Assembly: GCA_973895155.1 (NCBI GenBank)
Contig: OZ316891.1
Coordinates: 28,879,611 to 28,943,610 of the forward strand
Source of the DNA: Marsupella aquatica
Lineage: Eukaryota > Plantae > Marchantiophyta
DNA: 64,000 nt
Reading direction: 5' to 3'
How positions within the stretch are numbered: position 1 is the stretch's first letter; each line of letters opens with the position of its first letter. Below, piece by piece: positions 37,296-49,627 of the stretch. The translations under genes and the position numbers were made by a program. The notes below the pieces were generated by a model. That model was not told where the DNA came from, did not search any database, and was given only the letters and a program-made list of their open reading frames with translations.

Positions 37296-38020
37296 TCAAG
37301 GGGGAGATATTAGAATATAACTAGTATACAATTCCTAGATTTTATTCTTAATTTTTGTTCTTATAGCTCATAAACCCCACAGATGGGGGCCTGTGGAAGC
37401 TGATGCCTGTGGAGGCATATCAGCGTTGTCGTGGGGATTCTTTTTAGAAGGCAAGAATCCATATTATGTTATTTGAGTTTATGTGAAGAGGGTTTTACTT
37501 AAAAGCTTCATAGTAGTACTATTAGAGCATATATGTTACATTCTATATGTAGTATGTACATTTTACAATGGTACACAGTAGTTCCACCATTTACACATAG
37601 TAGTTTTACAAACTAGATGCATAGTAATTCCACCAACTACGCATAGTAGTTGCACCAATTACGCATAGTAGTTTCACCAACTACGCATAGTAGTTGCACC
37701 AATTACGTATAGTAGTTTCACCAACTACGCATAGTAGTTGCACCAATTACGTATAGTAGTTCCACCAATTACGCGTAATAATTCCACCAACTACGCACGG
37801 TAGTTCCACCAACTATGAATAGTACTAGCACACTTATAGGTGCTTGATGCTTGCCACTTGGCTTCCATCCAAGGGTCAAGGCATCGATCCATGCCCTCTT
37901 GGAGAACACAAAGGGGCACTATAAATAAAGTGAAGAGGAGCACACTCTCCTCATTCGCATTTGTTTGATCTATCGTGTCGGACTCGCAACACTGTAAGGA
38001 ACTCTTCCCCTCTTGTGCAC
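37296..38020 (+). mobile_element. Copia-like polypurine tract plus 3' LTR remnant
   Basis: TCAAGGGGGAGA (PPT-like) precedes TATTAG (decayed TGTTAG) at 37308. TATA box CTATAAATA at ~37919. LTR end uncertain. Confidence 0.5.
37577..37825 (+). repeat. 22-bp minisatellite, ~11 copies
   Basis: Consensus AGTAGTT(C/G/T)CACCAA(C/T)TACG(C/T)AT. Confidence 0.95.
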
Positions 38021-39633
38021 ATGTTTTGTTTATTATTTACCTCCATGCTTGGGTACTAACTTGATTGTTAGCCTTAGAACTATTTTATGTTTTATGTTTA
38101 TTAGTCTTGAGATCAATTTAGTGTGCTTGTAATGAATAATATGATAAATGGAGTATCTAGAGTTTATCCCCCACCTGCTGTGCCATTTTTCAATCTTTTC
38201 TTAATTAGAATTCATTGTCTTAGCAAGCATACCATGAGAATGCATCTTCTTTATCATTTTGGGTTTGAGTTAATGGAAACAGTTATGAATAGCGATGCAC
38301 CATTTGTATACCCGATTGTTGTTTATGGAAATGAATGGAATGTAACTATTTTTATTTTATATTAGATGAATTTTAATAGACAATCCGTAAATGTACCGGA
38401 GTTAGATTTGAATAGGCTTCCTAATAATGTGTCTGATTTTCCTTCATCTATTGACATTAGAGTGATATGCCGTAAGAAGGTTGATTGTAGAGATGTTTTA
38501 GTTAGAACATATGGAGATGAAAGATACAATGTTATGCTTAGGATGCCAGAGCCTGTGATTATATCATCTATGGTAAATCTTAAGATCATAGTCTTTGTTT
38601 TCTATAATTGACTTATCTAATTGTAGGATTCGTTGGAAATTGTAATCTATGACTTGACTTGGGAAGTAAGTTATGTGGAAAGAGGATAGGTCGATTCGAG
38701 GCTTAGTGTGAGGAAGCCGCTCATCGTAGAGTGGGACAAAGGCTGTGAGAGATATTTTAGAGGATAACGGTGAGAGAAATTGATCGACAAAGGGGATCGC
38801 AAGGGTAATGTGAGGTGAGAAAAGACGTATTTTGGAAAGGTTTCTTCCAAGATAGGAAAAACAAGAGCTCGGTGCTTCCCAAGAACTAAAGATTCTCCCG
38901 ACAGCGTCCGGTTTTTAAGAGAAGAGGACACAGCCTTTTAAATTTTCTTTATTTATTCTTGACCATTGGATTTCCCTAGATTTAATGGTGGACCATCAGA
39001 TTGGGGCTAAGGACACTGAAGTGCAGTGGAAAACTGGCAAATGAGACCCCAAACAGTGGCAACTTTTAGCCCAAAAGTGGGTAATGAATTAGGAGGAGGT
39101 GTAACTTGTCAAAATTGCGCCACAGGAAAATAGCATGGAAGGATCATCCTGAAACTACACTAGCTATATATCAGTTCTCACAATTTTAGATTTCCAGTTG
39201 GTGTGGATTGAACTTTGGTGTTTACAGAGCACTGTCTAAATGTGAGCCACTGCCCTCGAACTCAGCTACTATGTTGTATCCAACTCTTGGACAACTATTA
39301 TCTGCTAGAACTTGTGGAAGGATAGGAGTACCCACTTCATTGAACACACCCGACCCCACCCACGAGGAGTTATCAGGAAATCTTGGCATCGACTCGGTAT
39401 ATACCTGCGCCGCGATTGGGCCCGGATTAAAGTTTGTATCTGGTTGGAATGATCACTTCTTGGGAGGCTCACAACGAGATGGCTGTTCACTATGGCACCT
39501 GGGCTGGCCTTTGGGAACTCCACGAGGAATCTCTCCAAGTCCCACCAGTACCTCTTCGACCACCATGAGTCACTTTTGTAGTTCAGGTTTGGAAGTTGCA
39601 CTGCAGACCGATTGTTTGGAGCTTTTGCTCCCC

Positions 39634-40030
39634 CACGGATCCCCTGACAGGAACCCCATCGGAACCTGGTCACTCCGCACGGATCCCCTGACAGGAACCC
39701 CACTGGAACCTGGTCACTTGCCGGTCTTTAAGAGTATGTTGTTCCTACTGTAGTTCCTAGATTACTTGTTTAGTTGTCCCTTATGGGCTCAGCAGCTTTC
39801 TCCCTGGTCCTGGGCCCACCGGCTTTAGCACATAGACCTTGGTCCCTTGGGCTGGTGCCCCTTGTGGGCCCTCCGTTGTGGTTCTTTCCAGGCAAGAAAA
39901 ACTGTTTGGACACCTTCGAGAACAATATTCTTAGGAGTTTGTAGTTTTGTCAAGGCCCTTGGGACAGTCCAATCCTGAGAGGTGCAAAGGTTTGTCAAGG
40001 GCTTTGGGACAGTCCAATCCTGAGGTGTAA
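39634..40030. repeat. Two short tandem duplications (44 bp x2; 45 bp x2) in retroelement-like debris
   Basis: CACGGATCCCCTGACAGGAACCCCA..GGAACCTGGTCACT occurs twice. GTCAAGG..TTGGGACAGTCCAATCCTGAG occurs twice. Confidence 0.85.
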
Positions 40031-40651
40031 TTCTTTGGACTTGGGAGTTCTCACTAGGCCTTTGGGACTGTCCATACCTTCAGAACGATGTTCTAGAGAG
40101 GGTTTTTGGTTGACGTTTGTTTTGGCAAGGGGTTTAGGAGTCAGGAATGCAGCGGATTGAAATCCGACGTATGTGAAGTTTCCTCGCAGATTTCTGGTCT
40201 GAGGTGAAATTGGAGGTGGGAATGAGCTGAAGAAGGCTATGGATGATGCTGGGTCAGATGTAGAACCCTTCGTCTGGTCAGGTTGTTGCATCTTGTTGGC
40301 TATGTAGGCAGACAGATGTGTCCTCGGAGCATGTCTCAGCTGGCTGGGATGGCACTTCGCTCGGCATTGCGGAGAGCTGCAGGAAGAAGAAGACCTGGTG
40401 AAACTCAAGTGATGGAGAGGAGTCGCTCATCCGGTCCCTATGTCGCCCAGACTCGTAATGTGCTTCCACCGTTCCCTGCGTCTTAAAATTTGTTTACTTC
40501 AACGTTCTAGTTAGGATTCCTAGCAGCCGATCTCTCTCAAAAGATTTAGGGTTTATGGTCGACGTCGTTTGATAAACTCTTAGTTTCTAGTTTTTTTGGA
40601 CTGAGTCCTCCGCCTTCACTTGCTCAATCACCCAAGGAGATGTAGGGTTTA

Positions 40652-42181
40652 ATGCCCGCCGATGATTTGATCTCTGAAATGTGTTCGCACTCCCGTAGCA
40701 GGGGTTCGTCTTCTGTGTCTCATAAATCATGTTTTGACAGTGCAGAGTCGGAGCCATCGATTAGCGGGAGGAGCTTGGGCGTACAACTTTATTTTGTGGC
40801 TTCCCGGGATTCTCCAAGGCTCGGTCAATGGTTTCAAAGCCATGGCGATATATTAGATCCCAGAGGTCTTCGGAAAATATTGGTGAATCAAGGAACACAA
40901 TTGCTTGCTTTTTCTGTCGAGTCCGGCTCGCTTCCAGCGTCAGTTATCGGAAATGCGGACCGGAATGGTTGTATTTGGGGGTCCCAAGTTCGTAGAATAT
41001 CCTCCAGTGGGTGGAACTCCTACCCTCGAAAGATGGAAAGGCCAAGATACTCGGGAAGAGAACTCGATCGCGACCATTTAGGCATACATGCAGAGAGGCA
41101 GGCTAGATTCAATGAAAATTTTAAACGCCTGCCTGTCGTTAAGAAGCCCGTGGCAGAATACAGACAATCCATTGTGGATAATAGTATGAAAAATATGGCT
41201 CTTGTGCCCAAAAAATGGAAGCGAGCTCTTCCTACCAAAGAAGTCATGGATGCTGTGATGTATTTGAAACGTGCAAAGAAGAACCGAGACGAGGTTAAGG
41301 AGGTTATACGGAAGCGAGTTGCAAGGATGCTTAAGTTGGAGATGATGCTCGTTTTGTCTGAGCTGCAGCGTCTCGATGAGTGTTTTCTTGCACATCAGGT
41401 CTTTTCTACGCGCTTACATCTCAATTTGAATTGTCTCTCTTGTCTAGCAGTGTAGCACGTATCTTGTGAGGAGACTTAGCTACTGTGCTCGGTCAAAGTA
41501 TTTGGAAGCTCATGTAGTTTTAGATGTTCATGAGATTTCTGTGTAGGAATAATTCCTTTCCCAAAGAAATTAAGGTGATCATTTTTAGACATTCTGCAGG
41601 CCCAAATGATGGCATGCTTAAATGGTAGCTTAATGAACGAGATGCCTGATATGAAGATCCTCAAACACTGTCAAAATGAAACGAGTAGATACTTGGATTC
41701 TACAAGTTTGCTAGGAGTCTTCTTCATAGGAGTTTTGTGCCGTATATACAGTGCACGATCTGTAGATTAAGGTGCTTGATATTATGACGCTCCCTTCCTT
41801 AATGAAACTGATACCCACCTTGTATATTCTGAACAGGTGTTCAACGCAGTCCGCAAAGAAAGCTGGTACAAACCCAATGTCTACTTATATCAAACTATGG
41901 TGCAGACTTTTGGAAAGAGCAAACAAACCAATTCTGCTCTGAGAATGTTTGAGGAGTTGCAGTCTGAGGGATTGCAGCCTGATCAGAGCATCAAGAGGGA
42001 GCTTCTAAGAGCTTATGTCATCTCTGGTATGATGACGGAAGCAATAAAGGTATACAACGAGATACAGAGTGAAGGCCCTCTAGACAAGGCAGCCAGAAGT
42101 ATATTGTTCCATGTACTAAATGATGAGCAAAAGCTGGAGCTTGCTGTTTATGAGAAGGCACAGGGATACGACTGGAGCTGA
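40652..42181 (+). CDS. THA8-like short pentatricopeptide-repeat protein (exons ..41398 and 41837-42181; N-terminus uncertain, possibly an upstream exon MALRSALRR at 40349)
   Basis: LPTKEVMDAVMYLKRAK..VARMLKLEMMLVLSELQRLDECFLAHQ|VFNAVRKESWYKPNVYLYQTMV matches the THYLAKOID ASSEMBLY 8 family pattern, followed by PPR helices. Phase-0 GT-AG intron 41399-41836. Confidence 0.85.
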
Positions 42182-43419
42182 TAAATATCTTCATTGACTG
42201 GCATGACACCTGGAAATTCTGAGTGCGGATGCTCTCTTCACCGAAATTTTGGATTTGGGATGACACTTGTCCGAGACTCGCTTCGTAGCAAGAGTGCGGT
42301 AGCCGGAGATTCAACTTTGAGACCTCTCAAGTGATCTTGAAACTTCAGTTAACCCAGGCAAGGCTAAGGACGGAGACCTGACACTCCTTCTGTTTCTCTG
42401 TGATGCTGGCTAACTGTAGTTGCAGAGACTCTTGAGTAGTCACAAAAGTACATTGTAAACTCGTTGGAACAATTTGACACGTATCTTATTATCTTTGAAA
42501 TCAGTGACATGTCTTGTATTTTTGAGAGCCCAATAGTGGGAGACGGCTGCGTTTTCAGCATGTTGCAGCGGCGGATGAAAATTCTCAAATCACTTGAGCT
42601 CCGGAACTATGATCTGTATGCAGAGAACGATGAAATACTCACTCGAATCAAATTACTGTAGCTTCTCAACCTGGCCTATGAAGCTCTCATATTTTACAGC
42701 CTGACTGATTCTAATAGTGCAACAGTAGCTCGAATTCAGGGTCACTGCACCCTCCTGCCTGAGGACCAAACTAAACATAGTGCATAATCTGCAATACTGG
42801 TTATGATTCCCAAGGTTTTGTGCTCATTAATTTTTTAAAAGTGAACAAGTCGGTATCATTGAGCTACTGTAGGTAGCAAAGAGCCGAACCCTGAGGCATT
42901 GCGCGGGCATGCTTTCCTCTCCCGATGAATTCCGTAGACTTACATGTTCTTAAACGGAAGAGAAATTGGAGTCTAATTCGGTACACGATGAAAACAATTT
43001 CGCAAATAATATGGTGAGCTAAATGCCTTTCGAGTTTGACACAACCACGTCCTAGGATCCCAATGTGTCGACTTGTTGCAGAAAGGCAGCTTGAAAGCAT
43101 GACACACTGTCTCATGCTGCGAGTTCAATTGAAGTAGTGAGAGCAAATTAACTTACGCATCTTTGTCCACGTACATCAGATCAGAACTTCTCTTCACTAG
43201 TCCTCAAAGTCGTTTGTTTCTATTCTTAACAAACAATGATGTTGAGTTCACAACCCACCAAGTGAAACTGAAACTGTGATGATCGGTAGGCTGTTCACTA
43301 GTTCTATTCCTAAATTGGACTTCTCTGGTGTTCCCATAGAACACTTACATCAAGACTTTGGGAAGTTCCAAGATCGCCGCAGTGACTTCCACTGAACTAA
43401 AATCGAATCACCCAGGCCT

Positions 43420-44982
43420 TCAAGTACCTCCTTTGGAGTGATCAGGTAAGCCAGCGGGGCTGCTTTCAAACGGACTAGACCTTCTATGTAGCAGATCCAT
43501 ACCCACTCTCTCAATAGTGTCCTTCACCTCTTTCAAAATATTCGCTCTAGCTTGTTGGAATTGTGCTCGAATGAACAGTACAGTGCTTTTTTGTGAAGCC
43601 TCGTAAATGAGCTTATCAAAGTCATCACGTGGGTCACACTTACTGCTCTTACCTGTGTGGTTCCTCCTTCCGTATGCTTGCACTCTGTTAAGTACTTCTT
43701 TCCCTACTGGTAGGACTTCCTGCTTCAACCATGACTTCAACTGGAGAAGTTCCCTCTCCACCCTGTCAAAACCAACCTCTCGATCATCTTTATAATCCTC
43801 ATGAGATGACATTTCCCCCTGATCCTGTCTCGCCTTCCTCTTGCCCAAATTTGCCATGTCCCGTCTTCCAGGAGGAATTTCGTCGCCTCCCTTGTGTGAG
43901 TCCGCGGCAGGAGCAGATGCAGGAGCAGGGTCTTGAGGAGAGGGACGTGTAGGGGCACTTGCAGGAGCAGAGGCTGGAGCAGGTACAGGTGTAGGAGTTG
44001 ATGTAGGAACAGATGTACGAGAAGGTGAATCATCAGACGCAGGAGAAGCGGTAGAAGAAGGAGAAGGAGAAGGAGCAGGAGCAGGCACAGATGTACGAAT
44101 TGTAGGAGAACGTGCAGGAGCAGGTCCTGCAGAAGGCTCACTGTCAGGTGAACTTGGTGAAGGTATTGCAAGTCTAGATGAGGATCTGTGTTCAGTCTCG
44201 TGCTCAGATGCAGCCGGAGTGCTAACTGTCCTCTCCAGAGAGACCTCTTCCCTGTCATTTTCAGACACGTACTGTCCCCCAATGGGTAAAGGATTGAGAT
44301 TAGGAAAATTTTGATACAAGTCATCCATATTTTGGATGATCTCAAATGTGAGACGTCGGGGTCGGACACCAGTCATTTTGTAATCCTTGTACCTACTGGA
44401 TAGATCAGTGAACTGTTTCATGCATAACGAACAAAGCCTCTCCTCTGAAATCCCAAAATCGTTGGGCATACAAGAAACTACTTCATCCCAATGTATCTTG
44501 CCTTCTTTTGTGGCACAAACTCTGATTGCCGTGAGAAGGTTTATTCTTGTGACGTTACTCCAGGTCAATTGATGGCCCTTCTTGCCCCTAGATTTTCCTC
44601 TCATCACGCCTGGGGCTCTGCTCTTGGTATCCAGCGAGCCTCTAATTGTATTCCCCTTTGTTGCCTGTTTAACTGCAACTGTTTCTGGTAAAATTTCATC
44701 AAACTTTGCAATAACTTGTCTGGTCAGACGAGGTGGTTGGTCACCATCTTGCTTAAACTTTGTGTATGCCCTGTACAGATTGTCAAATTGCTTTGCACAT
44801 AACCTGCTAAACATACTTTCATCCATGTCGGAGTCATTCTGGAGGCGACGAGCTACTTCTCTCCACTTCAGAGTGTGAGTTTTGCCTTCCCCTTTCACTA
44901 CTTGTACGACTTCAACCAATTTAAGCCTGTTCGCATCAGTCCAAGGGTATTTCGTCTTAAGCCCATCCACTGGCATCGTCAT
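43420..44982 (-). CDS. Intronless 520-aa protein: two tandem trihelix/Myb-SANT-like domains, Pro/Ser/Ala linker, basic NLS-like patch, C-terminal helical region
   Basis: WTDANRLKLV..KWREVARRL..LCAKQFDNLYRAY..FDEIL and WSNVTRINLL..HWDEVVSCM..LCMKQFTDLSSRY..MDDLY. Uninterrupted ORF. Confidence 0.85.
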   Translation of the reverse strand: MTMPVDGLKTKYPWTDANRLKLVEVVQVVKGEGKTHTLKWREVARRLQNDSDMDESMFSRLCAKQFDNLYRAYTKFKQDGDQPPRLTRQVIAKFDEILPETVAVKQATKGNTIRGSLDTKSRAPGVMRGKSRGKKGHQLTWSNVTRINLLTAIRVCATKEGKIHWDEVVSCMPNDFGISEERLCSLCMKQFTDLSSRYKDYKMTGVRPRRLTFEIIQNMDDLYQNFPNLNPLPIGGQYVSENDREEVSLERTVSTPAASEHETEHRSSSRLAIPSPSSPDSEPSAGPAPARSPTIRTSVPAPAPSPSPSSTASPASDDSPSRTSVPTSTPTPVPAPASAPASAPTRPSPQDPAPASAPAADSHKGGDEIPPGRRDMANLGKRKARQDQGEMSSHEDYKDDREVGFDRVERELLQLKSWLKQEVLPVGKEVLNRVQAYGRRNHTGKSSKCDPRDDFDKLIYEASQKSTVLFIRAQFQQARANILKEVKDTIERVGMDLLHRRSSPFESSPAGLPDHSKGGT

Positions 44983-46553
44983 GTGAAGTAGAATAACTGA
45001 TCAAGATTCGAAGTTTCTTCCGCTCAGCACGACATTTGCTTTGTCCTAGCAAGGGCCCTGCTACTTCGGTATGTGCAAGTTTTAAATGTATTGTCACCGC
45101 AGCAAATTGGGAACACTATACCTGGATCACCAGTTTCCAGCCAAATTTGACAAATCAGAGAAAACAGAACTCCTCACACGGACACGGTCACTTGGAAGAT
45201 AAAAGCACTAGGCTAACGTAAGACTAGTCAAGATTTGGCTACATAAGTTTCTAGGGATTTGGGCTCGAATCTAAATTGAGCGAGTGGAAGTCCGATCGCC
45301 CTCTAAGGACACGGAGTAGGCCATATTCAAATGCTAGTAGCTCGATGACTTTAGAGCTCGGGGAAGCAATCATACCTACTGGGACAGAGATAGGTCCAGC
45401 TCAATCGCTACTCGTCTTTTGCTGTGTAATAAACCAGTGATGTCTAGAGAATTCGGTGTAAATCGTCCATGTCCAAGTGATCATGCTCGGAGTTGCTCCC
45501 AAGGAATAATCTGGCCAGAGATTCAAAGCCGAAGTCAGTCCTTCGAATTAGAGAAACTACTCTCAAGCTGGTTAGCGGATCATGATGACAGATACACGAA
45601 GGTGGGGAAACAAACTTGAACTACAAACGCACAGGGCGATATTCAAAAACTCTGATAAGCAATCCCAACCACAACACCCGACAGACAATCCTCATCTATA
45701 CAAGCAGACAATTTTCGCGACCCACATCAAAAAACAACAGTAACTGAAGAATAGTCAGGTAGATATACAGGCGGTACCACTTTGAAGTGGGCTTTTCAGG
45801 TTAGGGCTAGTCTCGGCATACGAAACCTTTTAAACATAGAAGGAGTTACGACGAGGCAAAGGCCACAATCGTTCCTGCTTGCCAGCAATCCACCTTGATT
45901 CTTGTTGCCTCGCCGAATTAAAGTCGTGTAAACGTTTGTCAATTTCTTAGTTCCTGTCCACTCACGCAAGCTTGAATTGCCGAGTACTATAGAAGTGTCA
46001 TCAGGCTGAAAATGCTGGTAGCCAAGAAACACAAAATCATTGCAGAGGTCCTCCAAAATTTCTCCTTCACAAATAGGAGCTGCTTCAATCACGTGACACC
46101 ACTTGTTCTCGTGACAAAAGATATGCATCGATCTTTTCAGCAATGTGACAACCCATCACTCAATCCTGGGCTACCTGTTACTAAACTCTAAGCAGTTCTG
46201 AAGCTTCAAAGTGGAACAATTGCAAGCCTTTTTGGAAATGTCCTGCAAGCCTCAACTTTTCAACACCTTCGATGGACTTTCCGAAGATGATTGCCTACTG
46301 ATTGTTGGGTACTGTTTTAGTTTCAAGTCGTAAAGAAAGGCTCAGGCACTAGAACTCAGAGTAGTAGCAAATCGAGGGCTATTAGTTGATTTCGAAAGCG
46401 GAGGACCTTCAACATATCGTTGGATATTGGTGGGTCTATCCCCAAGGTCCGATACACTAATCAACCTCCTTCCCTCCTTCCCTTGACAATAGCCTCAATT
46501 CACGATTCTTTCTCTCGTCAACCAGTGGGTCTCGAAAAGAGACTTTGAGGCTG

Positions 46554-47340
46554 GAGGATTTCTGTCCTCACCAAAACAGCAAGGTGAGTGTCAAAACTAA
46601 AGTTGAGGGCTCCTCAGGACCAACCCTCTCCTTCCACGCCCGCAATCATCCTACACTCAAGAGTACTCTTAAGGTTCGTTGCCTCCTCCACCGTGCCTGC
46701 CTCATACATCTACTAGGTCTACAGTGCCTCCGACATAGAGGATTTCCTTCTTACGAAACCAGCAAAACCAGTGCCAAAACTGAAGTTGAAAGCTCCTCAG
46801 GACCAACCTTCTCCTCCACACCCACAATCATCCTACATAGGTCAGCTCCTAAAGTTCGTTGCCTCCTCCTCACGCATCTGCTACCGCCACAGTGCCTCGG
46901 ACCTGGAGGACGTCCTCCTCACCGAACCAACAAGGCTAGAGTCAAAATTGAAGTTGAGGGCTCCTCAGGACCAACCTTCTCCTCCCCCACCCCACAATCA
47001 CCCTACAGTCATGAGTACTCCCAAAGTTCCTTGCCTCCTCCTTAATGTCTGCCTCACGCATCTGCTACCTCCACAGTGCTCCAGACCTGGAGGATGTCCT
47101 CACCAAACCAACAAAGCCAGCGTCAAAACTGGAGTTGAGGGCTCCTCAGGACCAACTTTCTCCTCCCACAATCGTCCTACTCTCATAGTATTCCCAAAGT
47201 CCCTTGCCTCGTCCGCCACCGAGCATTTCCTCCTCACCAAACCAGCACAGCGATTGTCAACACTAAAGGTGAGGAGGACGGAGGGCTAAACTACTCCTCT
47301 CATAGCCACAATCATCCTACACTCATCATTGCTGCTGAAG
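46554..47340 (+). repeat. Tandem array of ~168-184-bp units (~4.5 copies)
   Basis: Units start at ~46554, 46738, 46906, 47090 and 47221. The first four share GCTCCTCAGGACCAAC and CAATC..CCTAC; the fifth is degenerate. Confidence 0.9.
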
Positions 47341-47589
47341 TCGTTTCCTCCTACAGTCCTACACCGTGCCTGCCGCCCTGCCTACACCGTCCCTGCCTAC
47401 ACCGTCCTGCTGCCTCGACAGCGCCACCTTTGGACTTCCTTGGATTATAAACTCTCCTCTGATGACTGTTGACTATAAGAAGAAGGGAAATCTTTGCATC
47501 TGGAGAGGTTTCCTGCCCTCAAGTGGAACATTTGCCATTCCATCATTGAGGAGTTTCCAGCCCTCAACCCAACTTGTGGCATTCCATGT

Positions 47590-48600
47590 TAGGGGTCTCA
47601 AACCCGGGAGTCTCAAAGCGGGCAGGTAAGGAAAAGTTACGGGATAGCACTTGTGCCCATCAAACACCTTATGACCAGACTTTACGTATAGGGTAAGGAC
47701 GGCTTGGTCTTGGGTTACTGGTCTGTAACCCTGTGACCAGAAAGTGAGGAAATACTGACCGCCGGCAACCCATAAATTTTTCTGAGCTTTGTGGGAACAG
47801 GTTTCAGACAGTAACCCCAGCCCAAGCTGTCATTATCATACGTAATACCTGTCCAGAAAAAAAAATTACCGGGAACATTTTCTGGGCAGTGGATTATGGA
47901 AATGGTGGCACCTAGTAGAAAAGGTTTAAACACACCGGTAACCTTGCTTCCTGACAGGAATTACGGGCCATTAGGGTGTGTCAAAGTGGGCAGGTAAGGA
48001 ATAGTTATGGGATAGTAGTTGTGTCCATCAAACACCTTATGACCAGACTTTACGGGCCATTAGGGTGTGTCAAAGTTCTCCGCTAACCAAAGTGTTATGG
48101 TGTTATTTATTTTTGGACGTATCACCCTTACGAGGTACGCATTTTGGTAGCCCATAGTGATTTGTCCTGGCCGTAACAATGTTTTATGTCTTGAACCGTA
48201 ATTGAGTTACAACTATGCTTAGACATGCCCTATTGGTTGGAGGGAGGATATGCATTGACTTGTGCCATAAGGGATGAGTTATGGGAACTCCCGCTCAGAG
48301 TAAGTGTTTTTGGCCTGTCCCTGTCGGAAAAGCCCAAGCCTGTTACATTGACAAGCAATCACCATAGCATTCTAATATAATACACAATGATTGGCATATC
48401 CTTTCTGTCCCTGAATGACGCAATGTTGTGATGACGCGAATTCAAAGTCTCAAAGCTAAAGTTACGGGTTTCGGTCAGCAGCCGCGGCACTTTCTTACGG
48501 AAAGCTGAATTTAGCCTCTGAAAATTTTTATGGTCGTTCCTGTAAGTCAATCCTTATGACCAACACATATCTTGTTACGGTTGTGCTGTAAGACGCCCTA
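47590..48600. mobile_element. Composite non-autonomous element(s) with TAGGG...CCCTA termini
   Basis: Left-type ends at 47590, 47972 and 48061; right-type ends at ~48232 and 48600. Internal duplication GGGCAGGTAAGGAA..CCATCAAACACCTTATGACCAGACTTTACG. Confidence 0.55.
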
Positions 48601-48679
48601 TTGAGGAGTTTCCAGCCCTCAACTGAACTTGTGGCATTCAAGCATTGATAGAGAACTTTATGCCTCAACCTCCTCCTTA

Positions 48680-48800
48680 GAGCATCCCCACCGGACACAC
48701 TAAACAGCCACCCGGTAAGTGTTTAGCACGAACGGTGGTGTAAATGATGATTTATTGATCCCAATGTGCTCCGGTAAAACCAAATGCACCATATTTAATT
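48680..48800 (+). mobile_element. Orphan Harbinger-type terminus
   Basis: TTA followed by GAGCATCCCCAC, nearly identical to the TIR of the intact element. No partner with a matching TSD found. Confidence 0.5.
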
Positions 48801-49529
48801 TGGTACTCGAGCGGCGTTGTTGCCAAGTCTGGCCATGTAGGAACTTGGCCTGCTCAAACCAGCCACTTGCATCCAACGGCCTGCAGGGCTTAGATTCTAT
48901 GGGTGGCCTTAACCTCACTCTGCACCTTGGGGTCTCGTCAACTGTGACTGCGATGTACACAGTGCACAGTTGGATGGTGTGCCAGGTGGAGTACAGTTTC
49001 GTCTCACACTCGCCACTTGTGTTTTAGTATTTTTTTTACCTCATTTACTTCAAATTAACTAACCACTATGCAACAACAACAACAAAACTTGGCATGAACC
49101 CAGACTTTTGTCAATGGTTCCAACTGATCTTGATCCCCCTAGGGTTGCTTCTCTTGTTTCATGATTTCAGGAGAACCAGCTAATAATAGAAACTTGTGGT
49201 CCACCAGTCCAGACCTTATCACATCTTGTGTGAGTTTGAGATGAATTGGAGAGCTTTGAATCCTCCTGCATTGGTATCACCAGGAATCTACTTAGGCTTT
49301 AATTATTTATTGGATCTAGAATCCCCTATATCTCATCTGGTGTCCCTCAGGTATTACCTTGTTCTGGAATCTACTCAGGTTTTAATTTTTTATTGAATTT
49401 AAAATCCCCCGTATCTCATTTGATGTCCCTCAAAAGTTGAAATTTATAGGAATAAACTGACTGCTGCCAAAGGCACATCAGCATTTAAATTAGCAATTTG
49501 GCCAAGTAAACTATTTTTTAACTTGAGTC

Positions 49530-49627
49530 TTCACAAATGCAGTAAAACACAAAATGAAGTATCAATCAATTGATCATACTTTGTGGGCAAACGACTACTT
49601 CATTTTGTGTTGTTACTGCAATGTGAA
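49530..49627. other. Near-perfect inverted repeat / hairpin
   Basis: TTCACAAATGCAGTAAAACACAAAATGAAGTA (49530-49561) pairs with TACTTCATTTTGTGTTGTTACTGCAATGTGAA (49596-49627). 34-nt loop. Confidence 0.8.

Noticed and set aside
37577-37825. CRISPR-like array of palindromic repeats
   Set aside because: Units are head-to-tail with no unique spacers, there are no cas genes and the context is eukaryotic. It is a minisatellite.
43737-44369. 210-aa Leu-rich alternative-frame ORF
   Set aside because: Frame shadow of the low-complexity PAPAS linker in the 520-aa gene.
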